Shown: in pieces, positions 1-7,437 of the stretch | Layout of the letters: every line of letters starts with the position of its first letter | Position numbering within the stretch: the stretch's first letter is position 1 | DNA from: Nitrospiraceae bacterium | Lineage (GTDB): Bacteria > Nitrospirota > Nitrospiria > Nitrospirales > Nitrospiraceae | Assembly: GCA_037442105.1 (NCBI GenBank) | Contig: JBBIQV010000036.1 | Coordinates: 1 to 32,022 of the forward strand | DNA length: 32,022 bases | Reading direction: 5' to 3' | Translations under genes and position numbers: made by a program | Notes under the pieces: generated by a model | Seen by the model: the letters and a program-made list of their open reading frames with translations, nothing else | The model's database searches: none | What the model was told of the DNA's origin: nothing

Positions 1-51
1 GTTGGGCTCATAACCCAAAGGTCGAAGGTTCAAATCCTTCCCCCGCAACCA
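1..51 (+). tRNA. Initiator tRNA-Met (CAT), 5' part outside the window
   Basis: Anticodon arm TTGGG-CTCATAA-CCCAA has the three G:C pairs typical of initiator tRNA; T-arm GAAGGTTCAAATCCTTC; 3' end CCCCGCAACCA with encoded CCA. Confidence 0.93.
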
Positions 52-280
52 ATCCTCTTCCATCGATTCAAGATGGATTTGAAGCGGTCGAACGCCGACG
101 GTCGACTGTAATTGTCTTTGAGAAGTCCGGCGGTACCCTCACCCTCCGTTGCTCCTTTTGCTTGATTCAATCACCTGCCTCATCAAATACCAACGGCGCT
201 CTGCTCGATCATCCCCCCTGAAGGATGGGATCGATTGTTGCACAACGTCTGTGCTAGGATTCTTCGTAGTTGGTTCCCTG

Positions 281-646
281 ATGGAAACAAGGATGGCAGA
301 GTCCAGGATCCACCTCAGGTACTGTCCCCGCGTTGCGAGCACCTTTCCCATCGTGTTCGCCGGTGATCACTTTGTAGGGGAGGGGATCGTGGTGAATATG
401 TCGGTGCCGGGGTGTGCCGTGCAAAGCAAGGTGCCGGTTCGATCTGGTGATTATCTTGAACTTCGGGTCATCGGGTTTGAGAAAGGCATGCCTCTTCGAA
501 TTCACCTCGCCCGGGTACGTTGGTCTCAGGGACGAACCTTCGGATTGGAGTTCATCCGCATGCCGGGCTCTGATCAAGTCCGACTTGGACGGATGGTTAA
601 ACGTGGGGTTTGTGTGAACGAGTCCTCGCTGCCATCCTTGGAATAG
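281..646 (+). CDS. PilZ-domain (c-di-GMP-binding) protein
   Basis: RxxxR motif (RYCPR) and (D/N)xSxxG motif (NMSVPG), plus VRW and FGLEF strands typical of PilZ. Start taken as ATG 281 (ATG 293 is an alternative) rather than 149. Confidence 0.8.
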   Translation: METRMAESRIHLRYCPRVASTFPIVFAGDHFVGEGIVVNMSVPGCAVQSKVPVRSGDYLELRVIGFEKGMPLRIHLARVRWSQGRTFGLEFIRMPGSDQVRLGRMVKRGVCVNESSLPSLE

Positions 647-1079
647 TTTTTCACCTCCTAAGGCTCACCGCCGGCATGTTTCCACCCCGCCAGCTTTCCC
701 CAGTTCGCACCGCACCGTCTTCTTCGATACAGATAGCTCGGTTCTGGGCGCAGAGGCACAATTCCCGGATGCGTCCGAATACTGACACGGCAAACACAAC
801 TACGGAAGTTTTCTCGCAAAGCTTGTCTATCTAGCTGGCCTGCCGTTACTCAGCCTTTCCTCAACGCTGCCCGTCGATTGGCAGCTTCTGCATCCAAATT
901 TTCAAGGTTAGACCAGGCATATGATAGCTGAGCTTGGATGCTAATTGACGCAAGCATTAGAAGACGTTGAAAAACAATCGATCACTGCGTTGAAGAAAAT
1001 GGTGGCAAGCCTTTACTTCTCCTTGATTGCAAACTTTCTGCATGTCATGAGAATTGGTAAAGCCTTGCAATATTTTTTC

Positions 1080-1108
1080 TTGACATAGTTCAAAAGCATT
1101 GCTATAAA
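1080..1108 (+). promoter_or_regulatory. Sigma-70 promoter of the HARE-HTH gene
   Basis: TTGACA (1080-1085), 17 nt spacer, TATAAA (1103-1108), with TG at the extended -10 position, about 30 nt upstream of the GTG start. Confidence 0.75.
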
Positions 1109-1136
1109 GCAAGCATGCTTTTACGGAGATGTCACT

Positions 1137-1646
1137 GTGGAAGAATTGACAGATATCTTGGTTGGTCTGGAACAGAGGATCAGTGCCTATAAGACCCGCC
1201 TACAGGAGTTGGAAAAGAAGCGCCGTCGACTGGATGAAGAAATCGCCACCATCAAGAAGTATCTGGAATTGGCAGAGACGCTCTATCGTGTTGAAGCCGA
1301 CAAGGCAAAGCTTGCCAGCCTCTCGAGCCAAATCATCACCGACGATAAGGGGGTCCGTCCACTTCCAGTCATGGATGTCACGGATCAATCCAAGGAAATC
1401 TTGCTGGGGCGGAGTAAGTATGTCGGCAAGAGTGTGCCTGAAGCGGCCTATCAGATCCTTCGTGAAGCGAACAGAGCGATGCACGCGAAGGAACTTCTGC
1501 AGCGTTTAATCGAGGGAGGGTTGCAGATTAAGGGCAAAACGCCGCTGACCTCTGTTGCAACTTCGCTGAAACGGGATAAGCGCTTTAGGAAGGTTAGCCC
1601 CAATACCTTTGAAGCGATCCAGGAGTCGTTCACGGAAGCGGTGTAA
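1137..1646 (+). CDS. Coiled-coil plus winged HTH (HARE-HTH-like) DNA-binding protein
   Basis: N-terminal ~60-aa heptad coiled coil. C-terminal 'EAAYQILREANRAMHAKELLQRLIEGGLQIKGKTPLTSVATSL...F..V.PNTF' resembles the HB1/ASXL/restriction-endonuclease HTH. GGAG Shine-Dalgarno before the GTG. Confidence 0.7.
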   Translation: MEELTDILVGLEQRISAYKTRLQELEKKRRRLDEEIATIKKYLELAETLYRVEADKAKLASLSSQIITDDKGVRPLPVMDVTDQSKEILLGRSKYVGKSVPEAAYQILREANRAMHAKELLQRLIEGGLQIKGKTPLTSVATSLKRDKRFRKVSPNTFEAIQESFTEAV

Positions 1647-1697
1647 TTCTCGATCGAGATCAACTGACCCACTAGCTTGTGAAGGGAGGTGAGAGTC

Positions 1698-1736
1698 TTG
1701 GCGACAAAGAAGGCAGCGAAGAAGAAGAAGAAGTAA
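1698..1736 (+). CDS. Putative 12-aa lysine-rich micropeptide MATKKAAKKKKK
   Basis: Strong SD (GGAGGTGA) just upstream of TTG; codons GCG ACA AAG AAG GCA GCG AAG x5 TAA; followed by a perfect 14-bp hairpin. Confidence 0.6.
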   Translation: MATKKAAKKKKK

Positions 1737-1751
1737 GCCCGCCAGATGTGC

Positions 1752-1790
1752 ACGCCGGAGGTAAGGCCACTTACCTCCGGCGTTGTCTTA
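1752..1790 (+). terminator. Hairpin, probable intrinsic terminator between the convergent HARE-HTH/micropeptide unit and lpxC
   Basis: Perfect 14-bp stem ACGCCGGAGGTAAG / CTTACCTCCGGCGT, loop GCCA, followed by TGTCTTA. Confidence 0.7.
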
Positions 1791-1873
1791 TCAGGCCCTT
1801 TGCCCACTGTGCGAGAAGCGCGGCATTCCCATGCAAAGCGCCACACGCACTTTCAACTCAGACGGGAAAAGAA

Positions 1874-2806
1874 TCAAACGGCGACGCTTGATGCAGGCTG
1901 CAGAGCGCCGATGGAAGGGTGGGATTCGTGGACAACAAGCGGTTCCTCACGATTGAGGAGCACCCACTTATCACCCTCTTCGAGGATGCGTTCTACGAGG
2001 CGGCTATGAAGTGCGTGCCCGGAACGATCAGCAATGATGTGGCCGATAAAGGGGACTCCCAACAGAGCAATATCGCCGATTAGATCGAGAACCTTGTGGC
2101 GTACAAACTCGTCAGGGCACCGAAGTCCTGACTCATTCACGACGCCCGCATCGGAAAGAACCACGGTGTTTTCGAGGGTGCCGCCCTTCGCCAGGCCGCG
2201 CGACCATAAGGTTTCTACCTCGTGGAGAAACCCGAACGTTCTGGCGTGGGCGATTTCCTGCTCAAAAGCTTTGGCCGAGCACTCATAATCATAGACCTGC
2301 TTCTTGATGAGCGGGTGCTCGTAATGGATCGAGTACGTGATTCGAGGCGTCGAGGAGGGTTCGATCCTGACTCGCCGCCCGCCATCCGTTACCTCAATCG
2401 GCTGAGTAATCTTCAGGTAGGGTTGGCGTCGCCCTTGCGAGATGACACCGGCAGAATGGACTAACCGGACGAACGGAGCAGCGCTGCCGTCCATGACGGG
2501 AAGTTCGCCGCCATCTACCTCAATCAAGATATTGTCGATCTCCAATGCCGCCAGGGCTGCGAGGACGTGTTCGACGGTTTTCACCTGCCGGCCGTTTGTA
2601 CCACTTAATGTTGTGCACAATTCAGTCGGAGCCAGGTTCTCAATAGACGCAGTCAGGGTTGTGGTCGCCCCCTCACCATCACGGAGAAGAAACACAACCC
2701 CCGTATCAGGCCTCGAAGGCCGTAGTGTCATAGCCACAGGCTCGCCGGTGTGCAACCCCATACCAGAGCACGAAACCGCGTTTCTGATGGTCTGCTGATA
2801 CCGCAT
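1874..2806 (-). CDS. lpxC: UDP-3-O-acyl-N-acetylglucosamine deacetylase
   Basis: QQTI...G.GLHTG start, TVEH and HKVLD zinc motifs, DGSA, ARTFGF, SGH. SD GAGGAG before ATG 2806. Confidence 0.96.
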   Translation of the reverse strand: MRYQQTIRNAVSCSGMGLHTGEPVAMTLRPSRPDTGVVFLLRDGEGATTTLTASIENLAPTELCTTLSGTNGRQVKTVEHVLAALAALEIDNILIEVDGGELPVMDGSAAPFVRLVHSAGVISQGRRQPYLKITQPIEVTDGGRRVRIEPSSTPRITYSIHYEHPLIKKQVYDYECSAKAFEQEIAHARTFGFLHEVETLWSRGLAKGGTLENTVVLSDAGVVNESGLRCPDEFVRHKVLDLIGDIALLGVPFIGHIIADRSGHALHSRLVERILEEGDKWVLLNREEPLVVHESHPSIGALQPASSVAV

Positions 2807-2843
2807 CACCACTCCTCAAATCAAAAAGTCAGGTAGTACGATC

Positions 2844-2860
2844 AGCAACTCATGTGCCAA
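2844..2860 (-). promoter_or_regulatory. Sigma-54 (-24/-12) promoter upstream of lpxC
   Basis: Minus strand reads TTGGCAC-ATGAG-TTGCT (GG-N10-GC), about 38 nt upstream of the lpxC ATG, preceded by an AT-rich tract at 2890-2990. Confidence 0.75.
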
Positions 2861-3007
2861 CTCCTAAATCATGACCAACGACATCGTAACAAACTGAAAT
2901 AATTACATAAAATTAAATAATTCCCAATTATAGGATGTTGCATAAAATCTACATATGTGGAGTTTTCAATTGTGGATTATAGCAATTGAAAATGGAAGGG
3001 CGGTGAG

Positions 3008-3679
3008 TTAGGGGCGAGGTTCTAATTCGATCAGCCCCTTGCGGATCGCCAGAATCGCTGCTTGAGTCCGGTCATAGACCTGTAGCTTGTGAAAAATGTT
3101 CCGCACGTGGTTTTTGACGGTCTTCTCGCTCAGATCCAGATTGTTGGCGATTTCCTTGTTTGTCTTTCCATCTGCGACCAGGCGTAGGACGGTGATCTCC
3201 CGCTCAGTCAGATCGTGCTCCACCCATGCCGGCTTCTTCCCCTTCTTCTGGGCCATGAGCGAGAATTCCGCGAGAATCTTGCTGGCAACGGAGGGGTGAA
3301 TCAGCGATTCGCCCCGATAGATGGCGCGAATCGCCGCCACGATCTGGGATGACTCTGAATCCTTCAACAGGTAGCCTGTAGCCCCAGCGCGGACCAGATC
3401 GAAGATATACTGTTGTTCGTCGTACATCGTCAGTGCGACGATGCCGATGTGAGGAAATTCGCGTTTGATCTGGCGAGTCGCCTCCACCCCGCTCATCCTC
3501 GGCATGCTGACGTCCATCAAGATGACATCCGGCAACAACGCTCGTGCCTTTTCCACCGCCTCCACGCCGTCTTGTGCTTCGCCGACAATCTGAATATCCT
3601 CTTTTGTTTTAAGGATCGCGGCCAGCCCCTCGCGCACCACCCGGTGGTCGTCTGCGATGAGCACCTTAATTTTCTCCAT
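3008..3679 (-). CDS. NarL/LuxR-family response regulator
   Basis: REC domain (IADDH, LMDVSMP, GYLLK) plus LuxR HTH (LTEREITVLRLVADGKTNKEIA...SEKTVKNH). Confidence 0.95.
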   Translation of the reverse strand: MEKIKVLIADDHRVVREGLAAILKTKEDIQIVGEAQDGVEAVEKARALLPDVILMDVSMPRMSGVEATRQIKREFPHIGIVALTMYDEQQYIFDLVRAGATGYLLKDSESSQIVAAIRAIYRGESLIHPSVASKILAEFSLMAQKKGKKPAWVEHDLTEREITVLRLVADGKTNKEIANNLDLSEKTVKNHVRNIFHKLQVYDRTQAAILAIRKGLIELEPRP

Positions 3680-4787
3680 TGCGCGAGGCCTCCTTCTTCA
3701 CAAGCGGGACTTCGACCACAATCCGTGTGCCACGCCCCTTCTTCGAGTCAATCTTCCCCTCACCGCCGACCAGGCGAGCCCGTTCCAGAATCCCTCGAAT
3801 ACCGAAGTGGTCCCACTTTTCCGGGTCGCGGAGGATGGTCTCCATATCGAACCCGACGCCATTATCGATGATCGTCACCCGCAACCTATCGAGATCGATC
3901 TCAAGCCGTACCGACACGCGATCGGCCTGGGCATGCTTCTGAACGTTGCTGAGCGCCTCCTGAACAATGCGAAACAGGAAGATCTTCGTTCGTGGAAAGA
4001 GAATTTGTTCATCGCCGGAGATGCTGAACTCGGTCTTGATCCGATACTGAGTTTCGTAGGACTTGAGATAATTCGTCAAGGCCGGGATGAGCTCCATCTT
4101 GTCGTAGTGGAGGGGACGCAAGTTGAAAATCACCTGACGGGCCTCCTGAATAGCCAACTTCAATTGAGCCTTGGTTTCGCGCAACGTGACCATGCTCTCC
4201 CGAGGGTTCTTCTTGATGAGTTGTTGGCACAAGTCCAACTTAAAATTGACCCCTGCCAGACTCTGCACCAGGCCATCATGAATCTCGCAGGCGATGCGAG
4301 TCCGTTCCTCAGTCACCGCCGCGCCTGTCTCTTTCACATAGAGCCGGTAGAGCGATTGATATTTGTTCAGCGTCTTCTCAATCTCAGCCGTCGCGCGAAT
4401 GCGCGCTTCGATCAACTGCCACATAAACTTGGCGCTGGCCCCACCGATCACCGTAACACCCATCCGATGAAAATCTTCGAGAAATCTGCCTACTTCGGGG
4501 TTGCCCGACACGTCAATGACCAGATCGACGCGCTCCAGATCAAGGAGCTGGCGATAATCCCGCGCAATCGGAATGCCCAGGTGTTTGGCGAGAACCAAGC
4601 CGGGAGCTTTGGCATTCACTTCCGCAACACCCACGATCTGTACAAGCGGGTCGTTTGCGAAGATCTCCATCAAGGCCGTGCCGCCTCGCCCGGCCCCGAT
4701 GATCGCCACGTGGGTTGCACCCGCAGACCCTGCCTCGCGACGGCGTGCCGCAATCGATCGTGCCGGTCGGGTATGGGCGGTCGTCAT
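3666..4787 (-). CDS. Soluble HisKA_3 sensor histidine kinase with N-terminal Rossmann-fold domain
   Basis: N-terminal VAIIGAGRGG (GxGxxG); H-box ERTRIACEIHD; N-box QEALSNVQKHA; DNGVGF G1 box. No transmembrane segment. Overlaps the regulator start. Confidence 0.9.
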   Translation of the reverse strand: MTTAHTRPARSIAARRREAGSAGATHVAIIGAGRGGTALMEIFANDPLVQIVGVAEVNAKAPGLVLAKHLGIPIARDYRQLLDLERVDLVIDVSGNPEVGRFLEDFHRMGVTVIGGASAKFMWQLIEARIRATAEIEKTLNKYQSLYRLYVKETGAAVTEERTRIACEIHDGLVQSLAGVNFKLDLCQQLIKKNPRESMVTLRETKAQLKLAIQEARQVIFNLRPLHYDKMELIPALTNYLKSYETQYRIKTEFSISGDEQILFPRTKIFLFRIVQEALSNVQKHAQADRVSVRLEIDLDRLRVTIIDNGVGFDMETILRDPEKWDHFGIRGILERARLVGGEGKIDSKKGRGTRIVVEVPLVKKEASRNGEN

Positions 4788-4891
4788 GGCAGAACAGCCG
4801 TCACTGCTGGGCGGTAATCAAGACATGTACAACGACGTGATATGCGGGGCTACCGTGAGGGCCGCCCATCCAGGGGAAAAGGGGAGATGGA

Positions 4892-5362
4892 TCAATGCTC
4901 TCGCTCTCGTCGCTGCTGCGCGAGAGATTTGATCTCCTCCATGAATTGATCAATATCCTTGAACTCCCGATAGACCGATGCAAAGCGAACATAGGCCACT
5001 TGGTCGAGTTGCGAAAGTTCTCCCATCACTTCTTCGCCAATCACCCGGCTCTCGATCTCCGTTTCGCCCAGGTCCTGAATATGCTTCTCGATCCGGTCGG
5101 TCACCGCTTCGATGGTCGCAGTACTGATAGGGCGCTTCTCGCAGGCCTTTTTCAAGCCGGTAAGAATCTTCGTGCGATCGAACGGCTCGCGTCGCCCGTC
5201 CTTCTTCACAACGACAGGCAGGGTTTCTTCAACCCGCTCGTACGTCGTGTACCGGCGCTTGCAACCCAGGCATTCGCGACGGCGTCGAATAACCTCGCCC
5301 TCTTTGGCCATCCGCGAGTCCACTACCTTGTCTTCGATCTCGTCGCAGAACGGACATTTCAT
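4892..5362 (-). CDS. nrdR: Transcriptional repressor NrdR
   Basis: MKCPFC...VVDSR...RRRREC..C zinc ribbon, ATP-cone [14 protein letters not shown]-terminal [13 protein letters not shown]. Confidence 0.97.
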   Translation of the reverse strand: MKCPFCDEIEDKVVDSRMAKEGEVIRRRRECLGCKRRYTTYERVEETLPVVVKKDGRREPFDRTKILTGLKKACEKRPISTATIEAVTDRIEKHIQDLGETEIESRVIGEEVMGELSQLDQVAYVRFASVYREFKDIDQFMEEIKSLAQQRREREH

Positions 5363-5392
5363 GCCGGGGCAATCCTGTGGGTGAGCCGATCG

Positions 5393-6658
5393 TTAGGCAT
5401 AGGTGTAAAAGATGGGAAATCGCGCACAAAGCGCCCTGGCTTTGGCGCGCACCTCGCTTTGGATCTGCGCGTCTTGCGGACGTTGGAGCACCTGGTCGAT
5501 GAGGGCCACGATCTCGGCCATCTCCGCCTCGCGCATGCCGCGGGTCGAGACGATCGGTGAGCCGATCCGAATACCGCTGGCCACGGCCGGAGGCTTCTCG
5601 TCGAAGGGAATGGCATTCTTGTTCACAATGATGCCAGCGGCATCCAGAGCCCCGTCTGCCTCCTTGCCAGTCACGCCTTTCGGGGTCAAGTTCACCAGCA
5701 TGAGGTGCGTATCAGTTCCGCCGGACACGATGCGATACCCTCGGTCGAGCAGACCTTTAGCCAGGGCTTTGGCGTTGGCCACGACTTGCTGCTGATACAT
5801 CTTGAACGATGGGGACAACGCTTCTTTCAAGGCGACCGCTTTCGCCGCGATCACGTGCATGAGCGGTCCGCCCTGCATGCCGGGGAATACAAACTTGTCT
5901 ACCGCTTTGGCATGCTCCGCCTTACACATGACGATGCCGCCGCGAGGGCCGCGGAGGGTTTTGTGAGTGGTCGTCGTCACGAAGTCCGCGTAAGGCACCG
6001 GACTCGGATGGAGGCCGGCGGCGATCAAGCCCGCGATGTGGGCGATATCGACCATCAGGTAGGCACCGACGGACTGGGCAATCTGTTGGAAACGCGGGAA
6101 GTCGAGCGTCCGCGCATACGCGCTCGCCCCGACGACGAGCATGCGCGGCCGGCATTCCTCGGCGATGCGCTGAACCGCATCGTAGTCGATCATCTCTGTT
6201 TGGCGGTCGACGCCGTAAGAGAACGACCGGAAGATGGTGCCCGAGAAGTTGACCTTGCTCCCGTGAGTCAGATGCCCGCCCTGGGCCAGGTCCATGCCTA
6301 GAATGGTGTCGCCGGGTTTGAGGACCGACAGGTAGGCGGCCATATTGGCCTGGGAACCGGAGTGCGGCTGCACGTTCACGTGGTCGGCGCCGAAGATTTG
6401 CTTGGCCCGCTCGATCGCCAAGGTTTCCACCGTATCGACATGCTGACACCCTCCGTAATAACGCTTGCCGGGATATCCCTCTGCGTACTTATTCGTCATG
6501 AGAGAGCCCTGCGCGGCCAGCACCGCGGGGCTGGCAAAGTTTTCAGACGCGATCAACAGCAGCTTCTCGCGCTGCCGTTCTTCTTCCGCACAGATCGCGG
6601 CATAGACATCGGGGTCTGCGCTCTTCAACGCCTCTAACGAGCCTACGGCATCACTCAT
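5393..6658 (-). CDS. glyA: Serine hydroxymethyltransferase
   Basis: [37 protein letters not shown] (PLP lysine), GGTDTHL. Confidence 0.98.
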   Translation of the reverse strand: MSDAVGSLEALKSADPDVYAAICAEEERQREKLLLIASENFASPAVLAAQGSLMTNKYAEGYPGKRYYGGCQHVDTVETLAIERAKQIFGADHVNVQPHSGSQANMAAYLSVLKPGDTILGMDLAQGGHLTHGSKVNFSGTIFRSFSYGVDRQTEMIDYDAVQRIAEECRPRMLVVGASAYARTLDFPRFQQIAQSVGAYLMVDIAHIAGLIAAGLHPSPVPYADFVTTTTHKTLRGPRGGIVMCKAEHAKAVDKFVFPGMQGGPLMHVIAAKAVALKEALSPSFKMYQQQVVANAKALAKGLLDRGYRIVSGGTDTHLMLVNLTPKGVTGKEADGALDAAGIIVNKNAIPFDEKPPAVASGIRIGSPIVSTRGMREAEMAEIVALIDQVLQRPQDAQIQSEVRAKARALCARFPIFYTYA

Positions 6659-6701
6659 ACATCCTCACTGCCGCCGTGCCTTCGTGTCTCGCGCCCAGCG
6701 C

Positions 6702-7166
6702 TCAGGCAGGCGATTCCGTTTCCTGTTTCTTGACGACATGGACCGCGACTGACGCGGTGACATCGCGTGGCAGCTTGACCGGCACCGTGAACGTCCCCAG
6801 TTCTTTGATGGGCTGGCCGAGTTGAATTTTCCGGCGATCGACGGTGAAGCCCTGTTCCGCCAACCCTTCGGCAATGTCCTTCACAGTCACAGAACCGAAC
6901 ATTTTATCGTCCTTACCAACCTGGGCCGTGATGGTCAGGGACACAGCGGAGATTTTCTTCGCGACGTCTTCAATCTCCAGCTTTTCCTTGCGGGCCTTCT
7001 CGGCCGTAACTCGCTTCGCGTGTTCCACTTCTTTGATGTTGCGGTTGCTGGCCACAAGCGCTTTGCGACGAGGCAACAAGAAGTTCCGCGCAAAGCCGTC
7101 GGAGACTTCGATCAAGTCGCCCAGATGCCCGACCCCTTCCAGGGTCTCTTGAAGAATGACTTTCAT
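6702..7166 (-). CDS. rplI: 50S ribosomal protein L9
   Basis: MKVILQE..EGVG..GD...V.DGFARNFLLP, FGSVT, PIKELG. AAGGAG SD before ATG 7166; the longer ORF-track start is spurious. Confidence 0.96.
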   Translation of the reverse strand: MKVILQETLEGVGHLGDLIEVSDGFARNFLLPRRKALVASNRNIKEVEHAKRVTAEKARKEKLEIEDVAKKISAVSLTITAQVGKDDKMFGSVTVKDIAEGLAEQGFTVDRRKIQLGQPIKELGTFTVPVKLPRDVTASVAVHVVKKQETESPA

Positions 7167-7197
7167 ACTGCTAACTCCTTCTGTTGGAAAGGAAAAG

Positions 7198-7226
7198 AGA
7201 ATACTGGGGGACTGACGAAAAGTCAA
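7198..7226 (-). promoter_or_regulatory. Sigma-70 promoter for rplI-glyA-nrdR
   Basis: Minus strand TTGACT, 17 nt, TATTCT, about 32 nt upstream of rplI; overlapped by the inverted repeat TGACGAA-N7-TTCGTCA. Confidence 0.65.
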
Positions 7227-7324
7227 TTCGTCAACCCGTCCGTTTTCAACCGCCTCCCGAAGACTTTGCCGGTCCAATGACACCTCCTCCGAACGGTCTG
7301 AATGACGGTTATTCAGTGCTTGAC

Positions 7325-7411
7325 TCACAAGTCTCCCTGGAACGCGCGGTGGAGGAGGGAGGCGAAGAGGTCATCGAGCCGGTGGCGGGAGGCGGCTTGC
7401 TGGGATGGCAT
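7325..7411 (-). pseudogene. hsdS: 3'-terminal remnant of a type I R-M specificity subunit (hsdS')
   Basis: Minus strand translates MPSQQAASRHRLDDLFASLLHRAFQGDL*, matching the characteristic HsdS C-terminus (L..LF.SL.HRAF.GEL*). Only ~26 codons remain. Confidence 0.75.
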
Positions 7412-7437
7412 TGCCCTCGCCTCCGAGGATCGGCTTT

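Noticed and set aside
1..140. tRNA-Met, tRNA-Val or tRNA-Ser as island attachment sites
   Set aside because: I found no duplicated tRNA 3' end or adjacent integrase by eye.
610..834. 74-aa ORF downstream of PilZ
   Set aside because: No RBS or recognisable motif, and it overlaps the PilZ end; it cannot be supported.
878..1070. Sigma-54-like TGGCA..TGC motifs upstream of the HARE-HTH gene
   Set aside because: GG-to-GC spacing is 8-9 nt, not the required 10.
1679..1891. 70-aa ORF with an EEEEE tract (MKGGESLGDKEGSEEEEE...)
   Set aside because: It is an alternate frame of the micropeptide: it reads through the SD and the hairpin, overlaps lpxC and lacks its own RBS.
3657..4817. Long antisense ORFs (e.g. 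3657-4817, 14518-15681, 21037-21999, 27168-28295)
   Set aside because: These are shadow frames opposite well-supported genes in GC-rich DNA and carry no recognisable motifs.
7167..7328. N-terminal extension of L9 in the ORF track
   Set aside because: L9 homology, the SD and the promoter all point to ATG 7166.
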